In this document: positions 37,049 to 49,019 of the stretch, piece after piece | How the letters are laid out: each line of letters opens with the position of its first letter | Position numbering within the stretch: position 1 is the first letter of the stretch | Source of the DNA: Phyllobates terribilis | Taxonomy: Eukaryota | Direction: 5' to 3' | Assembly (NCBI RefSeq): GCF_046119375.1 | Contig: NW_027362767.1 | Span: 402,504,001 to 402,568,000, forward strand | DNA length: 64,000 nucleotides | Made by a program: the position numbers and the translations under genes | Notes under the pieces: generated by a model | The model's input: only the letters and a program-made list of their open reading frames with translations | Databases searched by the model: none | Told to the model about the DNA's origin: nothing

Positions 37049-38178
37049 TTCCTTAACTCTCATTCACCCTGGCAGAATAACAATCAGATGAGAATCTGTC
37101 AAATAGGAACAAACATATATGAGAACAAATATTAGTAAGTATGTATCAAAATTGGAATTGGAGTATTGAAGTCAGTCTCAAGCCAAAAACTGAAAGCTCA
37201 GACGTGGCTGGAGATTGGCCTTCTAACCCCCTTAATTTCTTCCTTTTTTTCCTACCAAGAAGTCCCACAGTATGAGATCACAGGGTACATTGAGATTACA
37301 TATTAAGCGGGGGCCAAGCTTCAATACTAGACACAACCAGAGGAGAGCAATGGCGCTGTTTTTGAAGGAAAGCAGGCAGGTTTTACCCATCACAACCCAT
37401 TAAAAGGCTTATTTCCATCTTGGACATTTATACCATATCCACAGAATTTGGCATAATAGTTTCATAACTCCCATAGAAGGGAATGTATGCATGGCCATCA
37501 ATCCGTTCACAGCAGCCTCATCATCAGCCAAGATGGAGATCGGGAGGCCCCGAAGCAGTGTGTGAAGTCGGTGTAAGGAGACTTATAGGACATGTAATGG
37601 TCCTCTGAGAATTAATATATGAAGCCTGCTCAGAGTAAAAGAAGACTGGATGTCTAGCAGAAGTAGCAATCCTAAAAGTCCATATGGATCCTTTAAAGAG
37701 CCTTGCCACATGACTAAGGATGAGAAGTCTATCCACTCCTTTTATAGACTAGTGCTTCAGGGTATTTGCCCCTCATCAGTGCAAAGCTGGAGAGCCTGCA
37801 CTGACCACTCAGGAAAGTGAATGGTGACGTTAAATGTTTGGTGCAGAAATTTCTGCATCTCTTGGCAGGAAAGACGCAACACGTTTTTGTCGCATTTTTA
37901 CTGCGTTTTTGGTGCAGATTTTTCCACATTAATTAGTAAGGGTGAAATCTGCAGCAAAAACGCTGAAAGAATTGACATGCAGTGGATTTATATCTGCACA
38001 AAATCTGCAAGTCAGAAATAAGTAATGTGTGCATGAGACTTTGGGATTCTCATTCACTTTCCACTTTCCTGGCATCAAGAAATATTTCAGGTTTTGTAAG
38101 AAATCTGCACTGAAAAAAGGCAACGTGTGAACCCAGCCTAAGACGTCATTTAACCATTGGGAAACCAAATGCCACTTA

Positions 38179-38381
38179 NNNNNNNNNNNNNNNNNNNNNN
38201 NNNNNNNNNNNNNNNNNNNNNNNNNNNNNNNNNNNNNNNNNNNNNNNNNNNNNNNNNNNNNNNNNNNNNNNNNNNNNNNNNNNNNNNNNNNNNNNNNNNN
38301 NNNNNNNNNNNNNNNNNNNNNNNNNNNNNNNNNNNNNNNNNNNNNNNNNNNNNNNNNNNNNNNNNNNNNNNNNNNNNNNNN
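38179..38381. other. Assembly gap (N run)
   Basis: 203 consecutive N. Confidence 0.99.
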
Positions 38382-39897
38382 GACATCTAAATCCAATGGT
38401 CACTGCTCCCTGCTGATTCTCCTGGCTCTCTCTGCAGCATTTGACACTGTGGATCACCAGCTCCTCCTCACTATGCTCCGCACTATTGGCCTCAAGGACA
38501 CTGTTCTCTCCTGGTTCTCCTACCTCTCTGACCGCTGCTTCTCTGTGTCTTACTATCGGGGCTCCGCAGGGCTCAGTCCTAGGTCTCCTCCTCTTCTCTC
38601 TATACACTGCCCCTATTGGACAAACAATTAGCAGATTTGGTTTCCAGTATCATCTCTATGCTGACGACACTCAATTATACACTTCTTCCCCTGACATCAC
38701 CCCTACCCTAATACAAAATACCAAGGATTGTCTGTCTGCTGTCTCTAACATCATGTCCTCCCTATATCTTGAACTGAATCTCTCCAAAAACTGAACTTCT
38801 TGTGTTTCTCTCCTCCACAAACCTAACCCTACCTAACATCGAAATTACCTTGGAGTGTTCAACCATAACTCCCAAGCAGCACGCCCGCTGCCTTGGGGTC
38901 ATATTCGACACTAACCTCTCCTTTACTCCCTATATCCGATCACTCACTCGCTCTTGTCACCTGCATCTTAAAAACATCTCCAGAATCTGACCTTTTCTCA
39001 CCTTGAAACTGCTAAAACTCTTACTGTCGCTCTTATTCACTCTCGTCTGGACTACTGCAACTCTCTTCTGATCAGTCTCCCTCTTACCAAACTTTCTCCT
39101 CTCGAATCCGTCCCGAATGCGGCAGCCAGGGTCGTATTTCTGTCCAGCCACTTCACCGGTGCCTCCAGCTTGTGCCAGTCATTACACTGGTTGACCATTC
39201 GCTACAGGGTCCAATATAAACTCATTGCTCTCACCCACAAAGCTCTCCACAGTTCTGCACCACCTTATATCTCCTCTCTCATCTCTGTGTATCGCCCTAC
39301 ACGTGCCCTCCATTCCACAAATGACCTAAGACTAACATCCCCCATAATCCGAACCTCGCACCTCCGTCTCCAAGACTTCTCTCGTGCTGCGCCAGTTCTC
39401 TGGAATGCTCTACCCCAGACGATCCGACTGATGCCTAGCCCCCACGTTTTCAAGCGCGCCTTAAAAACCCATCTCGTTAAACAAGTCTACCACCTCAAAT
39501 ACCCAGGAAACTAACTTTCCCCTGTTCCCTCCTCCTAAATATTATTCAGAATCTGCTCCCTACTATTCATCTGTCTCCACACCCTCCATGCACAAGATAA
39601 CTGCACTCAATACTTGATTATTGTACTTAAGCCTACTGGCTGATGACCGGATCATACAGCTTTATATGAAAATCCCTATTTATTATAATTGCCAGACCTG
39701 AAATAACAAGCACTTTTCCCCTATTGAGTCCCCCCATTTCCTTGTAGATTGTAAGCTTGTGAGCAGCCGGACCCTCACTCCTAATGTAACTGTTTAAACT
39801 GTCCAAACTTGTATTGAATTTATTGTCTGTACATGTCCCCGCTTAATTGGAAAGTGCTGTGGAATATGTGGGCGCTATATAAATAATTATTATTATA
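38382..39897 (+). mobile_element. L2/CR1-clade LINE 3' portion
   Basis: [16 protein letters not shown] and YADDTQLY motifs; tail TAAATAATTATTATTAT; same family as 25730-27510. Confidence 0.9.
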
Positions 39898-40036
39898 TAT
39901 GTGTATATATATATATACACTGTATAGAGCACACCATGGTCCCTATCCATACATTTCTTTGTACTGCAAGCAACTTTGCCTTAACAAAGTTATTTAGATA
40001 AAGGACTGGCACAAATCAATCAATTTGGAGACGTAA

Positions 40037-40658
40037 AGGGAATCTGTTGGAAACTTCTCCTCCCCAAAAACCATTTATATGAATGTGTTGCCCTTTAAAA
40101 CATGAGTAAGATGATTCAGTTTTGACCCGAAAACGATGCTCCAGCTGCATAAAATAACTTTTTCAAATTGTGAATATGTATCCGAAAGTTCATTGCGGCG
40201 TGACGATGCACTTACAGCTCCTTAGCGTCCCTGCTGTGTATTGGAATAATATCAAATTTAGGGCAGCACCTCACCATAATTAAATTGATATGTAGGTAGT
40301 GTTTGCAAGTATGCCAACAGCATCCACCTTAGCAAAAAGTATCTTCGTTTTTATTAATACATATAATACAGGAAATTCTGACTAAATGTGTCTGAAAGTG
40401 CATTGGGGCGTGACGATGCACTTACAGCTCCTCTGCCTCCCTGACATATATCGGAGGCAACAACCTGTCAATCACCCAGAGGTGAGTGGTGCTAGACAGG
40501 GAATACAGCTTGAGGCTGAGGAGCTGCAAGTGCATCGTCACGCCTCAGCACACTTCCAGACACATATAAAAAGAACTTTAAAGTACAATTTCTTGCTGTT
40601 GGAGGGCTACAAAGACAATAAATGGTTTGGGGGTGTAGAAGCTTTTGACAGGTTCCCT
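40037..40658. mobile_element. Kolobok/T2-type MITE
   Basis: AGGGAATCTGT...ACAGGTTCCCT|TTAA; internal direct repeat GGCGTGACGATGCACTTACAGCTC. Confidence 0.7.
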
Positions 40659-41999
40659 TTAAAATATGTTCTATGTCCTAAACGATACAGTCTTGTGGTT
40701 CAGAGTTCGCTTATTCTGGCTGGATTCATCAGTGTTCATTCTTGCTAGAATGAGCTGATAAATGCAAAGATTGGGATCCCCATAAGTTCAGCTGATATTA
40801 ATGGGACACCCAGAAATCCTGAGTGGGAAGGAGCTGTAGGTGTATAGACAAAATTTAGGGGCTCAACGCTACACCAATCTGGACGTCCTTTCATTCTCAA
40901 GATTGCTTGGGGACCCAATAGTTGGCCGAATAAAATATCATTACTATATAAGATGGGGATAACTCTTTAAATATTGGTTCGGTAGAGACAAATAATCACA
41001 GTAGAGAGTCAGGCCACTAGACCTCCCAAAAGTTGTCAGAATGGGGGTCCTTTGTCAATCTCTCCCCAGCCATTTGTGAACCCAGCAAGGCTCCATTTGT
41101 CTCCTTTGATTTTGTGGTTGGAGAACATGGAGCACAGATCCCCCATTCTGAAGTCACAGCTGTCAGGACACACATGGATCTAACAATGATCACCTCTCCA
41201 GTAGAAAGGCAATACTGAGTATAAATTCTACGGTGGGCGAGGGCATAAATATACCAACCAATCAGCTTCCAGTGCTCAATTTTTCACTGCCCCCTTTTTG
41301 GAAACAAAAGTTGCAACCTAATTGATTTCTATTATTTTTGCACCAGTTTTGGTGAAACTTCTCTATGTATCAAGCAGGACGGTGGAATCGGTAAGCCAAA
41401 CCTCCGACTCCTCAATTTCCCTGACTTCTGACTGCACAGCCCTGCCTCACTACTGAGCATGTACATAAAGTGCAGCACAGATTTATCTCAACTAAAAGCC
41501 GAGATCCTCAGATCAGGAACAGAACAGACATTTACAGGACATTTCATAACTTTCTTAAGAAAAAATGTACTGCACATCCTACATTAAACCTACTGTACCA
41601 ATTTATTATATATTTTAAGAGTCGGAGTTCATTTTATACCAACTATCGACTCCACAGCCCTGGTGTCAAGTCCAAAAAATGAATCAATTTCCATAAAGTT
41701 CGTTGCAAATTTTTAATTGAACCCGCCTACCCTCCATCATAATGTAATCCTGTAGTGACCAGTTATCACCTCTGGAGGGCAGTGTTTCCATTCTACCCTA
41801 TGCACCCCGGAAGAAGCAGAAGACACCAGAACTGCAGAAGTCTCAACATTGCAACAATGTTTCTGCCTGCAATTCTCCTTATATCACAATATTATAGAAG
41901 GTTACATTATCTTCCCTGGTGTGTAATAATCCAGAAATCTGCACCAGTCCTGCTGCAGCCTCATTATATATATATATGTAATCATAAAGAAACAGGTGC

Positions 42000-43130
42000 A
42001 TGTCTGTGTGTGCCCAGCACTAGGACCATGAAGCTTCCTTCCATTCTGAGCCCCCCCTTCTTCTTCTGCCTTCTGCACCCCCCATTCCCTGTAGCACCCC
42101 ACTGCCTCCCGGGCCCCTGCTCTCCATCCCCGGCCCTGGGAGCAGCCAGGCCCCGCAGATCATCAGCACAGCTCAGCCTCCAGGTGCAGCACAACACAGA
42201 CACAGCCCAGGAGGCAGAGAGGAGGGGGGAGGAGGAGGGAGGGATGGGGGTGATATGAGATGTTGTTACCTGGAAGATGGCTGCTCCTCCAACAGCCACA
42301 TCATGATGCCCAGGGAAAAATGGAGAGAAAAAAGCAGGGGAGATGAACAATAAACCCTTGTGCCAGGAATTTGCATTTCTCCACCATACACATTACACTG
42401 GCAAGACAGGAGCCCAGGATCATACAGGAGACATCCATCCCTGGATCCCCCATCAGCTATGGACAGAGAGTGAGTGCTGCCTTTTTCTATCATTGCACCC
42501 TATGCCTTGACAACCCCAGGTGCCCCCCAATATATATATATATCTGTTTATACCAATCCCCTCATCCCCTGGCACCATGACTCCCCTGTCATTCTGCATG
42601 GCTGCTATAAAATCTGGCAGATTCCTCTTTATTCTGCATCATTTCCTGCAATAGCTGAGGCTTGTGTGCCTGTGTGTGTGCACTGGGAGCAGCATGGGGG
42701 GGGGGGGGGCAATGCCATCTTCTTGTGTTATTTTATGAGCCATTCAAGGTGGGGAAGAGGAAGGGGCAGATTTTTGTGAATCAACCCTATTTGCATCTGG
42801 ATTCATTCATAAAAAAGGGCTGTGATCAGTTTGAGGAACCATGATAGCTGCTTCCCCTCCCTCCCCACCGTCCTCCTCCTCCCCTTCACCTCCTCCTCCT
42901 CCTTGGTGTATGTGAGTGTGTAAGTGTGTGTGTGTCTCTGCAGATGTGATGCCCAGGCCAGGGCCAGCACACAGCTCTCCAGCTCATCAGCAGGGTATTA
43001 GGGACCCTTGTCACACTCTCACCTGCGAGCACAAAGAACCTCTGGTCATGTGACCAGCCATTCACAAAAATTCTCCTCCATTCAGAGATGCTTCATGTTT
43101 CCATGCACAGTGGGGGGGGGGGGGGGGTTC
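42000..43130. promoter_or_regulatory. Promoter-like GC/purine-pyrimidine-rich island; candidate GGN 5' non-coding exon(s) and/or start of a head-to-head gene
   Basis: Unique GC-richer sequence with (CCT)n and G tracts. Near-palindromic E-box CTGGTCATGTGACCAG 43042-43057; - strand donors CAG|GTGAGA (43023) and CAG|GTAAC (about 42270); + strand donor GTGAGT at 42912. Confidence 0.4.
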
Positions 43131-43575
43131 TGCTGTGCTGCCCCTAGATGATGCCAAGGGCTCCCATCTTGCAAATAATGGACACCCCCTTCCCCTCCCC
43201 CCTCAAATAAAGAGAATGATCTGATTTTATTGCATGGCAGGAAGGATCATTTCAGGCTGATACAATGTATCCTCTCTATTTATTTAACCCTATCATTGCT
43301 TAAAAACAAGCAAGACACAGGTATTGCAGCAGCGCTTGTCTTCTGCTCACCATTGCTGTGGCAAGGTGCGGGCAGCATCCTTCTTTTTTTCTTGCTAATG
43401 CCTAGTGTGTCCTGTATGGTTTGTGTCTAATTATATATCATGGTGTCTTATTGCATTGTTAGATGTATGCTGGATAATATCATATATCCTCCCCCTAAGA
43501 GCCTGGTTACAATATCAACGGTGATTCATGCAGGAAGTTACATTTTACAGATGATTTATTTATAATCCTGGTGGA

Positions 43576-44191
43576 NNNNNNNNNNNNNNNNNNNNNNNNN
43601 NNNNNNNNNNNNNNNNNNNNNNNNNNNNNNNNNNNNNNNNNNNNNNNNNNNNNNNNNNNNNNNNNNNNNNNNNNNNNNNNNNNNNNNNNNNNNNNNNNNN
43701 NNNNNNNNNNNNNNNNNNNNNNNNNNNNNNNNNNNNNNNNNNNNNNNNNNNNNNNNNNNNNNNNNNNNNNNNNNNNNNNNNNNNNNNNNNNNNNNNNNNN
43801 NNNNNNNNNNNNNNNNNNNNNNNNNNNNNNNNNNNNNNNNNNNNNNNNNNNNNNNNNNNNNNNNNNNNNNNNNNNNNNNNNNNNNNNNNNNNNNNNNNNN
43901 NNNNNNNNNNNNNNNNNNNNNNNNNNNNNNNNNNNNNNNNNNNNNNNNNNNNNNNNNNNNNNNNNNNNNNNNNNNNNNNNNNNNNNNNNNNNNNNNNNAN
44001 NNNNNNNNNNNNNNNNNNNNNNNNNNNNNNNNNNNNNNNNNNNNNNNNNNNNNNNNNNNNNNNNNNNNNNNNNNNNNNNNNNNNNNNNNNNNNNNNNNNN
44101 NNNNNNNNNNNNNNNNNNNNNNNNNNNNNNNNNNNNNNNNNNNNNNNNNNNNNNNNNNNNNNNNNNNNNNNNNNNNNNNNNNNNNNNNNNN
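43576..44191. other. Assembly gap (N run with a single A at 43999)
   Basis: N run visible directly in the sequence. Confidence 0.99.
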
Positions 44192-45349
44192 ACATACTGT
44201 ATATCTATTTGTATGTTTTTTATATATATATTTATCATATTTTTGGTAATTTTATAATAATATATATAAATATTTTTTTCTTGCAGAAGATACAATAGTC
44301 GTAGCATTAGTGATGGTTCAGACAAAGGAAAAAAAAAAACAAAGCAATAGGGGCGTCTAAATGATTTAATCCAGCCCAATGATACTTGCAATGAAGGCAA
44401 GCAGAGGAGTCAACAATCTGTCGCTCCAAAATATTATTTATGGAATGTTTTGCTCCATTTTTTATTTAGAATGACATTGGAGGCAATGATGTTAGCACTG
44501 CTATCAGTTGCACGCCTTGTGCTGGATAAGCTGCAGTGAGACACTTGTACATCCTCGGCCGAGTAAAGTGTTAACGTTTATGGTGGCATCGTGAGAAATA
44601 GCTGTTGGCGAAATCAGCGGTCCACCAACATGGCCATCTTCAGGCCATGACTAGTTTCACTGTTTAGTTATTGGTCATTTGCACAAAAATGGGCACACTG
44701 TTGAGATGGTCAGTCAATGTTGCCCTTTTTTAGTTCACGTTTACGTCATGTCCAGCATAAGCGTTAGGTTCTGTTCACACTAACATATCTGACTTTCATA
44801 AAATGGATCCAAGTGGTTGCTGATGGAACCCATTTACATATTATGGAATCCATTTGAGTTCTATCAAGACGATCATAATTTGGAAAGTGGTGAATGATGT
44901 AGGAACTCTTGTAGCCGAAGTGTGAACATAGACTTCTATGTAACGGTCATACAGTTCTGAGAGGTAACATCTCTCCTTGCGGAGACTGACATGCCTGACA
45001 TGTCAGTGTAAAGAGACTTATAAGGCATGTATGCTCCTCTGGGAAATTAAATATGCAAATTGCCTCTTTGGAGAGGAAGAGGACTTGAACTTTGGAAGGA
45101 GCAATCCTAAAAGTCAATATCGACCCTTTAACGAGCCTTGCCATATGATTTAGGATAAAAGCCAAACCCAGAGAACCATTGCATGGCCTACAAGTCTCCT
45201 TACACTGGCATGTTAGGCATGTTACTCTCCACAAGGAGGGATAAATCCCTTAGACCCCTCTCATACTGCCAAATCAGATCTGAAGAAGAATAAGAATATA
45301 GGTCACTCTGTAATGATGGCTGCTCGGATAGGACACTACTTCATGTATT

Positions 45350-45678
45350 CAATATAGAAAAAAAACTGGCACTCTCCAATGTGCAAAGAAAAAAATATAA
45401 CTATATTGGAACAGCAATCCAGATTAATGTAACGTTTCTGTCCAACATTCAGACCTTCCTCAGACAGATTGCAGGTTAGTCATGCTAAATGAGGGATGAA
45501 GCACATCATCGGGGCTGTAATCCATTTTCTATTTTGCACCTTCTAATATCTAATCTGTAATCTGTTTGAGGAAGGTCTTATTGTTAGACCAAAATGTTAC
45601 ATTAATCTGGACTGCTGTTCCAATAAACATACATTTTCTTCTTTGCACATTGGAGAGTGCCGGATTTTTTCTATATTG
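45350..45678. repeat. Inverted repeat carrying hammerhead-like motifs in each arm (Penelope/retrozyme-like)
   Basis: Arms 45350-45480 and 45550-45678 are reverse complements; CTGAGGAAGGTC...GAAACGTT on the - strand and a decayed copy on the + strand. Confidence 0.6.
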
Positions 45679-45717
45679 CACTGAGGAGGGGCAAAACCCC
45701 GAAACAGGTGTCTTCAA
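45676..45717 (+). ncRNA. Minimal type I hammerhead ribozyme motif (slightly decayed)
   Basis: TTGCA-CTGAGGA-GGGG CAAAA CCCC-GAA-ACAGGTGT-C-TTCAA: intact catalytic core and stem II, near-palindromic stem III, stem I with 4 of 5 pairs. Confidence 0.6.
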
Positions 45718-48700
45718 ATTGAGATTCTGGTTTGGGTTTTTATCCTAAATCATAAGGCTCGTTAGAGAGTCGATATTGAGTTTTAGGATTGCTACTTCCA
45801 ATGGGTGGCGCTAGAGTTCTATTCTTCTTCCTCTCTGAAGAGGCAATATGCGTAGTCATACAGTTCACATCCTCTGTTACATATAGTGCCCCTATAAGGC
45901 TGTAATGTCCAGAGGTTGTGCATATTTTCTGTTATGAAATTTGTTGTGAATCCACAGCAAAAATATAATTAATCTGGAGCAAAATCTGAAAATCTTACCT
46001 AGTAAATGTTATATTCGCCACAGATTTCACTCAATGCATTGCAAAGGATAAAATTCACTGAAAATCCATTGCAATTCTGCACCAGAATCAGTGTGCTACT
46101 GATTTCATTGCTCCGATGTGGGTAGTAGCATACTGTAATTACATTTCCATCACATTTAAAGAAGTTTTCCAGGCTTGCGGTACGTCTCTGCAATCACTCT
46201 TTGTAACTGCAGATTTTTGCGAATCCTGACAGTGTGCATCATGCACACTGTCAGGATTCCCCTCAGTTGCTGGTTCGAGTGGACGGTCACGTGCTGACTA
46301 AATTGTCATCCTTTTCTTTCAATGTTCTACCCGTGATAATTTGTAAACCTGTAGAGTCACTGCAGAAATTTAGCTCAAGCCCAGAAAATCAATTAATATC
46401 TGGCTTAGTAGGAGAGATCCCTGCGATCAGTTGTGATTACTAGGCTACTAGGGCATTTGTAATGAATGCATTTCTAATACATCTATTTATATAAGAGGGT
46501 GCTGAAACGAGGTTGTCCATCTGTTAATATGTCCAGTTAGAATATATCTCTGATATATATACAGTCACATCTCAACTCTCCTGGAACACCCGAAATGCTC
46601 CCAAAAAAGGTGGAGACCTCACCGACTTCCAGTAGAGTTGGAAAGTCTACAGGATGCCACAGAAACTTCCTGCAAGATAGCGCCCTCTAGGGGGCAGGAA
46701 CATGGTGTGGATAGGGTGTGGGGTGTGACTTGAGAAGGGGATGTGACTTTTGGAATTTTTGTACAAAAAAAATCTATTCTTCTGAAAAACAATTTAGAAA
46801 AGTTGGCAAGTATGGTTAAAGTCCAGGTGATCCCAAGGTAGGTATAGAAGCTTTCGCCTGGTTCTATCCATATACATTACAGGTATTTTTTGGCTTTTTG
46901 GTTATTTCTAATTAATAAAGTGCTTTCTGATTTCGGCTCCATGAGAAAATGATCTAATGTGCTTGACAACCGTTGTTAGAGGAAGGAAGGAATGGACATT
47001 TTGGATTACCATGGAAGATAAGCTTCTGCTAGATGTTGCTTATTCCATTCTGTCCATTGAAAAAAAAAAAGGAAAAATGGAATTCTCAGGGTAATGGTGG
47101 AATTGGGAGATATAGATGTCAGGAATAAGTTGTACCACCTTAAAGCAACGTTGGATTACTGGTCAACCAATAAAGCATTACCCGTTTTTGGACAAATGTC
47201 ATCACTTGTTTTTTTTTTCTACTGGTTAGAACATATTTTTTCCTAATAACTTGACCCTAAGTTCTTATCTGAAGAAGGGGACTCACTTAGTCATTCCATA
47301 ATAATCATGCGGCAGGTCGTCAAAACCCAAAGTCCATTGATGACTGATCCACCAAAGTAGTAAATGTTGATCCAGTGGCCTCTAGAGGTTGAGCAGAAGA
47401 CAGCCCCATTTGGAGGTGACATTGACATCAATCACTTGTCACTAGGGTCATTTTTTTATAAGATAATTAAAACATTACCTATTAGATTTTATTTTACTGA
47501 TAGCACGTCCTGTGTGTAAAATGATAAAAATATCGATTGTGACAAAATTTGGGAAGAAGATGCACATGTTCTATATAGATGGAGAGTGGGCGGCTTTTTT
47601 CCACCGGTGAGCCTGAGGAACCTTTGCTGATTTTCCAGTTCCTCTTGACGTATCTGAGTTAGCTTTGCCCCGGGGATAGTTAGTTTAGGTGTAACCCTCT
47701 CCACTAACGAGTCTACCCTTTCTCCAAGTCTGCGGCATAAGATTGTAAAGGGGAATTAGCTAAATGTGACATGGTGTGTTAGTCAGACATGCCATTAGTA
47801 TCAAACTGGAGGAACCAATTTTCAGAATATCAAGATCCCAGTCCATGAATTTATTGGAAAGCTGAATGCAAATAAATGGCCCCTGTCTGCCAAATTCACT
47901 TGAGACATCAGTACCCTTACCCATAGACCTCCAAAATGTATATTAATTATAGTAGGGAGGGTCTACATATATGGGAAGACTCCTTGCGATGGAGAACAAC
48001 CTACCAAACGATTCTTTTCCATTCTCCGCTCTCGACACAGGAGCAATTTCAGTAGTTGAGACATAAAAAGAGATGTTGCTAGGGATCTACTGCCTCACAG
48101 CTTATACAGGATTGTCAGACAATGCCTCCCTAACAACCAGTTTTTCTCAGGTTACTCAAGTCTTAAGCTCAAGATTGAACTGTGACTGACTTAAAGAAGA
48201 GATGGAAGCAGGAGACATTAAAAAAATTCTTTAAGGGGCTCTGTGAGTATGAACTTTCCCTAATCCCAATATCATATCGGTGGGGGTCCGACTTCTGGCA
48301 TCGCCACTGATTAGCTTGTAGCACCGATGACAGCTAGATGTAAACTGTGATTGGAGCTGCGATGCATAGGTCCATTTAGTATGTAGCGGCCGCTGCCGGG
48401 TCCTGCAGAACTGCTCCTCTTCTCCTGAACAGCAAGTTAGACAACAGGTAGTGCTTAATGTTATGAATTTTTCTTTACATATACAGATAGAAAGACATAA
48501 AATGTTGTGTCTCCTGTCAATGACAACTGAACTTTTTGCATTTCTGTGGCTTTTGGCAACTAAAATCTAGGGTTAGCCCCCAAGTGCTCATCACTATTCT
48601 CCCCTATAGTGCCAGCTATAGTTGCCTCTATAATCCTAGCCAAATGAGCTTCAGTTTAAGCCACAGATGATCCCCTGAAACCCTGTCTTTTCTTACCTCT

Positions 48701-49019
48701 TGGTCTGGCTTTCCCTTTACATCTGACACATGTTGCCGCCTACACATGTATGTCAGACTATGCAACTGTTGGTGCAGGCGCCAACGTCAGTTACTCTAAA
48801 ACTAGTGACCAGTAAGTCGCTAAGACTGTGCTCACATGGCATTTGGCACATGAGGTATACGTATGGTAAAAAGATATAATAATGCAGAAAGAGCAGCCAT
48901 TTCACATCCAGTGGGTAATTATGAGTCTATGGACCTAGTGTGCACCTACAAGGGCAAAGGCTGGACATACACAGCGAACAAATTGTGTCCATGGCCTTGG
49001 GGTTATATATATTTATATG

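Noticed and set aside
43507-44400. ORFs of 143-297 aa made of X (also at 37929-38607)
   Set aside because: They span N gaps. The lone A at 43999 is an assembly or masking artefact.
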